Source of the DNA: a virus
Taxonomy: Duplodnaviria; Caudoviricetes
Direction: 5' to 3' (one strand)
Length of the DNA stretch: 32,030 nucleotides
Virus record (IMG/VR): IMGVR_UViG_3300026863_000035
Location: 1-32,030 of that record
Shown here: positions 27,601 through 32,030 of the stretch, piece by piece
Layout of the letters: each line of letters opens with the position of its first letter
Numbering within the stretch: the first letter of the stretch is position 1
The notes under the pieces: generated by a model
Told to the model about the DNA's origin: nothing
Seen by the model: the letters and a program-made list of their open reading frames with translations, nothing else
Database searches by the model: none
Position numbers and translations under genes: made by a program

Positions 27601-28544
27601 AGCCGCATGTGCTGTTCCTCGACCTACCCGCCCGCACCGCGACCGGCGCGCCGCAGGACCAGCTGCGCATCGCGGCATGGCAGATCCCCTGGCGCAGCCA
27701 GGCCGTGCTGGCCTCGCCGGAGACGACCGGCTTTGCCGCACGCGCGACCGTGCCTCTGCCCGCCGATCTCGGCACGCTGGTGACGCCGCTGGCGCCGGGC
27801 TCTGTCTGCGGCCGCGTCCATCGCGCCGGCATCATCGAAGTCGCGCTGTTCGACGCCGAGGCGGCTGATGTCAGCCGGCTGCAGCTCTTGAACGGCGCCA
27901 ATGCGGCGGCGGTTCGGTCGGTCAGCGGCGTCTGGGAAATCGTCCAGTTCGAGGCGGCCGACGAGTTCGCGCCCGGCCTGTGGCGGCTGTCCGGCCTGCT
28001 GCGCGGCCAGCTCGGCACCGACGACGCGATGGCGGCGGGCGCGGACGCCGGCGCCGACATCGTCATGCTGAACGACCGCGTCACGCCCGCCGGACTTCTG
28101 GCGAGCGAGATCGGCCTGCCGCTCAACTGGCGCGTCGGACCCTCTGGCACCGAATTCTCGGCGCAGAACTTTGCCGAGATCTCCGCGACGGGCGGATTGC
28201 GCGCGCGGCTGCCGCTGTCGCCGGTTCACCTCCGCTGCCGCCGGGTGGCGGGCGACCTCGCGCTGTCCTGGATCCGGCGCGGCCGGCTCGATGCCGACGA
28301 CTGGGCGCCAAGCGACATCCCGCTTGCCGAGGAGCGCGAGGAATATGAGGTGCAGATCGCGCCGGCGGGCGGTGCTTCGGTGCGCAGCGCGACCGTGGCA
28401 ACGCCGGCCTACACGTACACCGCAGCGGCGATCGCCGCCGATTTCGGTGGCGTATTCGAGGCGCAGCCTACTCACGGATCTTCTCCTGGCGCAGGATCAT
28501 CTGCACGGACGCCGGCGACCACTTGGTCGAGGACATCGGCTTGA
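24642..28544 (+). CDS. GTA baseplate megatron (g15) with its native C-terminus replaced by read-through into an insertion
   Basis: APAYRGLAY, YGADWSEY, WDARPFP, RGQLGT, WIRRGR. After ADFGGV (about 28453) come 29 foreign residues; the native end is at 30732-30819. Confidence 0.88.
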   Translation: MATILLQAAGTILGGFLGPIGAAIGRAAGALAGYAIDRALITGTQRIEGPRLNSVRAFSAEEGVPIPRLYGTARLGGTLIWATRFEESANTRRQGFKGGPKVTDYAYYGNLAFALCEGEIAGIRRVWADGREVDRTTFEMRVYTGTEEQEPDPLIEAKQGAGNAPAYRGLAYVVLERFALGDYGSRVPQFQFEVMRPIGRLRHQLRAVALIPGATEYGLSPQLVTREKRRGETVAENRHVLHAATDLMASLDELQMLCPAVESAALVVTWFGDDLRAGSCRIRPAVTTADRPGLSQPWIVSGLDRATAMVVSTSGGGSAFGGTPSDATVIAAITEIRRRGLKVVLYPFVMMDIPAGNALPDPYGGTAQAAYPWRGRITCHPAPDRPGTADKTAAARTQVEAFEGTALAAQFSTTGGAVSFTGTPGDWGYRRFVLHYAHLANAAGGVDGFLLGSELRGLTTLRDGAGAFPFVETLCDLADAVRGLLGPAPAITYGADWSEYFGHQPADGSGDVIFHLDPLWARASVTAVGIDNYMPLSDWRDEDRHAGSPDGAVGPYDPDALRAAITGGEGYDWYYASAAARRDRVRTAIADGAYDKHWVFRPKDFFGWWSHAHFNRIGGVELASPTAWVAEGKPIWLTEIGCPAADKGLNQPNVFPDPKSAENASPYFSNEGRSDVAMLRFLEAHAAHWDPDAEDFEPAGNPVSTVYGGRMVDAQNIYAWAWDARPFPAFPQQGDVWADGGNWHRGHWLNGRLEGADLSELANAILADHGLDPADARHADGTVDAFVIEEPHSARQALEPLIELFDLAVTEEPDGLVLRSSGYQAEAPVDAGAMVVDEAGAVVETVRFPDHELPAEALLAFRDPFSDYQSATARVLRLGAQGRRQEGFGFSGVMEFGQGQALMADWLQRVWSARETVSLSVASYRAGLEPGALIHLPDAADEAFIVTEVEDGLVRRIKARRLDRTPPAPWLAGAMPNAQSPQIRAGQPHVLFLDLPARTATGAPQDQLRIAAWQIPWRSQAVLASPETTGFAARATVPLPADLGTLVTPLAPGSVCGRVHRAGIIEVALFDAEAADVSRLQLLNGANAAAVRSVSGVWEIVQFEAADEFAPGLWRLSGLLRGQLGTDDAMAAGADAGADIVMLNDRVTPAGLLASEIGLPLNWRVGPSGTEFSAQNFAEISATGGLRARLPLSPVHLRCRRVAGDLALSWIRRGRLDADDWAPSDIPLAEEREEYEVQIAPAGGASVRSATVATPAYTYTAAAIAADFGGVFEAQPTHGSSPGAGSSARTPATTWSRTSA

Positions 28545-28869
28545 TGCCCTTCTGGTCGAGAAGCGTGGCCAACTGCCGGATGCTGATCTCTGGCTCTCGC
28601 GTCAGAATCTCCTTGAGGAACGGCACAACTTTGGCGCGACGCTCCTTGGCGTCGGCCCGGCGCACCTTGATGGCGGCATCGAGCATCAGCTTTCCGCGGG
28701 TGGTCGAGTTCATCGGCAGCGTGACCAGCTTCATGCCGGGGCAGATGTCCCCGATATCCTCTGGATGCGCCGCCAGGTGATGACAGATCGCGTGCGCCAG
28801 CGTGGCTGCTTTTTCCTCACCGACGCATTCGATCATGACCGACAGAAGTCTACTTGGCTTCGGCGACAC
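28468..28869 (-). CDS. Hypothetical protein with a serine-recombinase-type C-terminal DNA-binding domain
   Basis: VVPFLKEI...SIRQLATLLDQKGIKPMSSTKWSPASVQMIL; no catalytic resolvase domain. Confidence 0.55.
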   Translation of the reverse strand: MSPKPSRLLSVMIECVGEEKAATLAHAICHHLAAHPEDIGDICPGMKLVTLPMNSTTRGKLMLDAAIKVRRADAKERRAKVVPFLKEILTREPEISIRQLATLLDQKGIKPMSSTKWSPASVQMILRQEKIRE

Positions 28870-29143
28870 CGCTTGACCTCATGAGATCGAGGATTGGAGT
28901 GTTGGCGGCAAGATCGAGCAGAACCGCCATGATCTGCTGACTGGCGAGCGCGACCGCTACGGCGCTAATCTTTTCGGCAATCGCCGAATGTTGCGCATCG
29001 CTGACATCGATATTCTTGGAGAACATCTGAAATCCGCCATCCGGGTTGAGGATCACGCCGACACACGAGCCTACCGCAAGGTCACTCAGGTTAGCCTCTG
29101 ATGACATTTCCGTGAACAAGCTTGTCTCAAGTTTATTTATCAC
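28850..29143 (-). CDS. Hypothetical protein
   Basis: AAGGAG before GTG; 97 aa; overlaps the next gene. Confidence 0.5.
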   Translation of the reverse strand: MINKLETSLFTEMSSEANLSDLAVGSCVGVILNPDGGFQMFSKNIDVSDAQHSAIAEKISAVAVALASQQIMAVLLDLAANTPILDLMRSSGVAEAK

Positions 29144-29310
29144 GCCAACTCCTTGTTTTTGCTACCGTCTTTTTGTCTATTCGTCTTTTCATTATAGCAA
29201 ACTGAACGCGGGTTGTTGAAACTTCCTTGCACAATCGATAAGCAGAATGCACGGACTCACCGCTGACGTAACCGTAGACGATGTTGCGCCGCCTTGAGTC
29301 CTAGCCTACA

Positions 29311-29340
29311 TCGGTGCTAGGAAATTAATCCTAGCACCGA
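29311..29340. promoter_or_regulatory. Perfect 12-bp inverted repeat
   Basis: TCGGTGCTAGGA-AATTAA-TCCTAGCACCGA between divergent ORFs. Confidence 0.6.
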
Positions 29341-29367
29341 CAGGCATCCGCGCCCAGAAAGAGAGTC

Positions 29368-29556
29368 ATGGTTAGCAGTGCATTCGAGACCCATCGGGTC
29401 GACCTAAATAGTGCGATCAACTCAGCCGTCCAGCGTCACTTCGAAGGGCTGGGCATCAAATATGATCGCGCCGAATTTGAGGAACACACAAGCGAAAACA
29501 TGCCGCAAGTGGCTTGCGACATGCTTATGTATGGGGCCGGGATTTTCGTAGGCTGA
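29368..29556 (+). CDS. Hypothetical protein
   Basis: 62 aa; purine-rich leader; weak support. Confidence 0.35.
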   Translation: MVSSAFETHRVDLNSAINSAVQRHFEGLGIKYDRAEFEEHTSENMPQVACDMLMYGAGIFVG

Positions 29557-29595
29557 ATATCTCGGGCGGGTGGTTAGGAGCGGGACGGCTCCCGG

Positions 29596-29862
29596 CTACT
29601 CCGCGGTCTGCAGAGCCTGGGCTTCCTCGATGTCGAACTCCGACAAAAGGATGCAGCTGTAGGTCGACGAATACACCTTCTGTCCGGCCTCGTTGTATCG
29701 GGGCCGGTTAAGAAGCGGGTCGGCATTCATTCGCTCGGCGTTCTTGGTGCAGTCCGCGCTCGTATACATCCCCTGCGGGATGATCTTCGCTTCGAGAGTG
29801 CCGGTCGAAAGGATCTGGACTGCCACCAGCATGGAAATGATCAAAACATACCTCGTTTTCAA
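29596..29862 (-). CDS. Small exported hypothetical protein
   Basis: Signal-peptide-like MKTRYVLIISMLVAVQILSTGTLEA; two Cys. Confidence 0.5.
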   Translation of the reverse strand: MKTRYVLIISMLVAVQILSTGTLEAKIIPQGMYTSADCTKNAERMNADPLLNRPRYNEAGQKVYSSTYSCILLSEFDIEEAQALQTAE

Positions 29863-29880
29863 GCCTGCGGGATTCGGCGT

Positions 29881-30288
29881 CTACGCTGCGATCTTGGTTG
29901 CAGCGAGCGCATTGATCACCGTAGCACTTGGCCACTTGAAAGTCTTCCCATCGCTGCAGCGATCGGCGAGCAGCGGAAACTTGGGCGCGTCGATCTTCAC
30001 GCCGGAGATCCGATAGAGATTGCCCTGCGCGCGAAACACCTTGCCGAAGTCCTCAGCCTTGAGGCCGAAATAGGCGGCATACTTCTCGAACTCGGTCTGG
30101 CGCACCGACTTGCCACCTGGCGCGATCTTCACCGCGACCTTCAATTTCACGATGCCCTCGCGGTCACCCAGCACACCGCCGGCGTCGCTGAACGTCACGC
30201 CGAAGTCGTCGGCCACCTTGGTCAGCGCTGCGAGCATGGCAGCAGAGATGATGCGGTGTTCCGTCCGGCCGATTGTCTTGATGGTCAT
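29881..30288 (-). CDS. Phage-like hypothetical protein
   Basis: GGAG Shine-Dalgarno, MTIKTIGR...FGLKAEDFGKVF...KFPL...DGKTFKW; coupled to the upstream 36-aa ORF. Confidence 0.65.
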   Translation of the reverse strand: MTIKTIGRTEHRIISAAMLAALTKVADDFGVTFSDAGGVLGDREGIVKLKVAVKIAPGGKSVRQTEFEKYAAYFGLKAEDFGKVFRAQGNLYRISGVKIDAPKFPLLADRCSDGKTFKWPSATVINALAATKIAA

Positions 30289-30395
30289 TTGGTCTTCTCC
30301 TTGCGTTTGTAGGAGCCCTTGCCCTTGCGGGGTCGGACCTTCTTGGGTTGAAGCGATGCAGAGCGCAGCGCTTTGGCGATCGGATTGCGCGACAT
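30285..30395 (-). CDS. ArfA-like (alternative ribosome-rescue factor A) small protein
   Basis: Hand translation: MSRNPIAKALRSASLQPKKVRPRKGKGSYKRKEKTK*; AAGGAGG Shine-Dalgarno; KGKGSYxRK motif; too short for the ORF track. Confidence 0.7.
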   Translation of the reverse strand: MSRNPIAKALRSASLQPKKVRPRKGKGSYKRKEKTK

Positions 30396-30447
30396 AGTGG
30401 ACCTCCTTGTTGACGCCCATTATGCGCGAAATCGCGAATGGACGAAA

Positions 30448-30731
30448 TTAGAACATGCCGTATGTGATCTGCGGCCGACCGTGCTGCTCGACCTGCGCCC
30501 GCTCGACCACCTCGATCTTCGCTGCGTTGGCGATGCCGACGAGCTGCCGCCAGTATTTCACCAGCATCTTGCGGGCGGCGGCGAGCTGCCTGGGCGTCAT
30601 ATGATTGTCGTAGCGCGGGAGCGCTTTGGCGATCGACGTCAGAAACGGCGCGTCGACCTGGTTGAAGCCCACCTTGTTGTGGACGTTGGTGTGCTCGCCG
30701 GACTGTTCGTCGGCGGTCTGAAGGGCGGCGT
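30448..30731 (-). pseudogene. 5'-truncated phage-like hypothetical protein
   Basis: LQTADEQ...HNKVGFNQVDAPFLTS...QLAAARKMLVKYWRQL; the upstream part of the track ORF is only the antisense of g15. Confidence 0.55.
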
Positions 30732-30819
30732 GCTGCCGGCGGCGCTCGACGTGACGGTGCGCCAGTTTTCGCTCGCCGCCGGCTGGGGCATCCCCGCCAC
30801 GCGGCGCTTCACCTTCTGA
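30732..30819 (+). pseudogene. Displaced native C-terminus of GTA g15
   Basis: LPAALDVTVRQFSLAAGWGIPATRRFTF*; joins ...AADFGGV in frame. Confidence 0.82.
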
Positions 30820-30887
30820 GGCAGACGCCTGAATCGGCGCCTCAACCAAAATGCCTATCCGATTCACCGAGAAAGGATTTTTGTGCC

Positions 30888-31097
30888 ATGACCGAGCAGA
30901 CAAAGCCCTGGTACCTCTCGCGCACCATCTGGGCGGCCCTCGTCACCATCGCGGCCGGCGGCCTGGGCCTTGTCGGCCTGCCGATCGATGATCTCGACCA
31001 GAACGCGCTTGTCGAGGCGGCGCTGCAGGCCGTCACTGCCATCGCCGGCGTCGTCGCGCTCGTGGGCCGGCTGGATGCGAGGGACAGGATCGGGTGA
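30888..31097 (+). CDS. Small holin-like membrane protein at the end of the GTA cluster
   Basis: KPWYLSRTIWAALV...GRLDA; two hydrophobic segments. Confidence 0.7.
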   Translation: MTEQTKPWYLSRTIWAALVTIAAGGLGLVGLPIDDLDQNALVEAALQAVTAIAGVVALVGRLDARDRIG

Positions 31098-31125
31098 GGG
31101 GGCCTGCCCTAAGACGGCTTGAGCG

Positions 31126-31490
31126 GGTAGTGTCTCAGTCTGAAATCTGACGTGGCGAAGGCCGTTGTCGCGCGTTCACAGGGTCTCGCTCTATACCGTT
31201 TGGTATAATTTTATCCGTGTCCATAGGACGCTGAAAATGGCGCCTGCGATGGCGGCTGGCGTGTCGCAGACTCTGTGGTCGATGGATGACCTGTGCGGCA
31301 CGATGGACGCCGTTGCGTCATCGTCCCGATATCGCTCCTCACGTGATCGGGAAAATTAAGGCATTGCTCCCATTGTCTTAGATTGTCGAGCTGACGCCCA
31401 CCACGTCCTGCGCCAGCACGAATATGGTCTTTCCACTCAATTGACAGGCCATACGTTCACTTGCGTTAGATTTCAAACTGGGACACTACC
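31126..31490. mobile_element. Internally deleted IS1-family element (MITE-like)
   Basis: 25-bp terminal inverted repeats GGTAGTGTCTCAGTCTGAAATCTGA / GGTAGTGTCCCAGTTTGAAATCTAA (22/25); flanks CTTGAGCG / CTTGAACT (6/8). Confidence 0.7.
31165..31359 (+). pseudogene. Transposase C-terminal remnant
   Basis: YNFIRVHRTLKMAPAMAAGVSQTLWS, typical of IS1-family transposase C-termini. Confidence 0.7.
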
Positions 31491-31574
31491 CTTGAACTGG
31501 TTGTGTGGCCGCTTTTGACGGATATATGGTAGGTGGTATGCGAAACCCGCTCGTGCCGCGGAGTGGAGAGCAAG

Positions 31575-31826
31575 ATGGGAAAGCGCACATATCGCGTCAA
31601 AGCATTTTGGGACGCCGAGGCTGGAGTATACGTCGCGGACGGCGACATAATCGGACTCCATATCGAGGCTGCCACGCTCGACGAATTCGAAGCGCTGTTG
31701 ATGGAGTTGGGACCTGAGCTCATCGTCGCCAACCACATGACCGCTGCCGATCTTTCGGAAAAGCCGTCCAAGGACCTTGTATCCACCATTGTCTGGCAAC
31801 GCCCCGGAGAAAGTCTGGTTGCGTAG
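31575..31826 (+). CDS. hicB: DUF1902/HicB-like antitoxin
   Basis: VKAFWDAEAGVYVA...GLHIEAATLDEF...PELIVAN. Confidence 0.75.
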   Translation: MGKRTYRVKAFWDAEAGVYVADGDIIGLHIEAATLDEFEALLMELGPELIVANHMTAADLSEKPSKDLVSTIVWQRPGESLVA

Positions 31827-31835
31827 GAGGCTGGG

Positions 31836-32030
31836 GTGGCGAGCGGGTTCTATGACGAAGTCGTGGACGAGCTTCGCATTTGCGGTTTCGAGTATTGGAA
31901 ACCTGCAAAAGGATCTCACGAGAAATGGAAGAATGACACCGGGATGGTGCTCATCGTTCCGCGCAATCTAAAGAGCCGCCATACCGCGAATGGAATTCTC
32001 AAGGACGCGGGCTCGGCGAAGAAGCTCTGA
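31836..32030 (+). CDS. hicA: HicA-family mRNA interferase toxin
   Basis: KGSHEKW...VP...RHTANGILKDAG; AGGAGG Shine-Dalgarno. Confidence 0.88.
   Translation: MASGFYDEVVDELRICGFEYWKPAKGSHEKWKNDTGMVLIVPRNLKSRHTANGILKDAGSAKKL

Larger units (their letters stand above)
28454..30731. mobile_element. 2,278-bp phage-like insertion in g15
   Basis: GGCGT at 28449-28453 and 30727-30731; lower GC; mostly minus-strand short ORFs; no transposase or integrase. Confidence 0.75.
751..30819 (+). mobile_element. RcGTA-like gene transfer agent head-tail cluster, interrupted by two insertions
   Basis: Canonical g1-g15 gene order; very short tape measure; DUF2460/DUF2163/NlpC/megatron tail module; no replication or integrase genes of its own. 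Confidence 0.93.

Noticed and set aside
17528-28475. Long antisense ORFs (e.g. 17528-19435, 24123-26480)
   Set aside because: Shadow ORFs of high-GC coding genes on the opposite strand; no motifs.
28449-30731. Mu- or Tn7-type transposon with a 5-bp target duplication
   Set aside because: No TG...CA ends, terminal inverted repeats or transposase; treated as a microhomology junction.
30373-30903. ORFs 30373-30819 (+) and 30448-30903 (-) as complete genes
   Set aside because: Both cross the insertion junction at about 30731 and are chimeras of insert and g15 sequence.
751-31097. Whole window as a single intact prophage
   Set aside because: It has two unrelated head modules; the outer one has RcGTA synteny with no replication or integration genes, and the integrase belongs to the att-bounded inner element.

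Overview
GC-rich alphaproteobacterial DNA (Rhizobiales-like, inferred from gene content and repeat families) carrying a full RcGTA-type gene transfer agent head-tail cluster (~751-31097: small and large terminase, portal, protease, capsid, connectors, tail tube, chaperones, short tape measure, DUF2460, DUF2163 hub, NlpC/P60, g15 megatron, holin-like gene). The cluster has been altered in three places. (1) A 10,664-bp capsid-forming satellite (cf-PICI-like: HTH replication protein, HNH, TerL, XRE/S24 switch, capsid-protease-portal, connectors, AlpA/Xis, tyrosine integrase; no tail or lysis genes) sits in the 3' end of the GTA large terminase at an ATGTGCGA core (2429-2436 / 13093-13100). It cuts off the last catalytic motif, and precise excision would restore the gene. 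The satellite's switch region holds a perfect CtrA box. (2) The GTA portal is fused in frame to a polymorphic-toxin-like tip (PDQPR...GGQW linker plus HNH nuclease), followed by two paralogous immunity-like genes and an orphan HExxH metallopeptidase. (3) A 2,278-bp phage-like fragment splits the g15 3' end at a GGCGT microhomology and carries a 36-aa ArfA-like gene missing from the ORF track. Also present: inverted heptamer tandem arrays, REP-like palindromes, a degenerate IS1-family remnant and a hicB-hicA-like pair. All product calls come from motif recognition and synteny by eye; no database searches were run.
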